A DNA stretch of 64,000 nt from Octopus sinensis. Its lineage: Eukaryota. The notes under the pieces were generated by a model. That model was not told where the DNA came from and made no database searches. It was given only the letters and a program-made list of their open reading frames with translations. This document shows positions 63,843 to 64,000 of this stretch, in pieces. Both the position numbers and the translations under genes were made by a program. Every line of letters begins with the position of its first letter. Position 1 is the stretch's first letter. Location: NCBI RefSeq assembly GCF_006345805.1, contig NC_043008.1, positions 72,726,001-72,790,000 of the forward strand, read 5' to 3'.

Positions 63843-64000
63843 TAACAAACAAGATGAGGACAAATATCCATCAAATGTAAATAATGTAAATAATGTACAT
63901 AATTCCTCATCTCTTAAATATAGAACTGTAGATCAACTGATGTTATGAACTTTCAGAAGAGGAAGAAACAAAAACTAATGCTTTTAAGACAGTTAGGTGA

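Overview
AT-rich eukaryotic DNA packed with microsatellites, several tRNA-like SINE families and decayed transposons. The repeat complement looks like an octopus (cephalopod) genome; this is inference from recalled repeat families, not a database search. I find no protein-coding host gene I can support. The listed ORFs that I could interpret are translations of simple repeats, SINEs or transposon relics. By manual translation I recognise remnants of RTE/BovB LINEs, restriction-endonuclease-like (R4/Dong-type) LINEs, L1/Tx1 LINEs, and mariner, Tc1, Tigger/pogo and hAT (SPIN/GTF2IRD2-like) transposases. There are also TTAA-flanked piggyBac-type MITEs and a Helentron-associated (HINE/DINE-1-like) element. 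The most interesting signals are: (1) minimal type I hammerhead-ribozyme motifs in three or four unrelated short elements, including an inverted pair at 63.5-63.9 kb; (2) a circularly permuted, fold-back element at 19.5-20.2 kb; (3) tight inverted SINE pairs and long palindromes that would form dsRNA; (4) a CpG-intact RTE insertion with an 8-bp target duplication; (5) a perfect 395-bp tandem duplication; (6) several isolated small exon candidates, mostly on the minus strand. All family assignments come from motif recall and were not checked by search.
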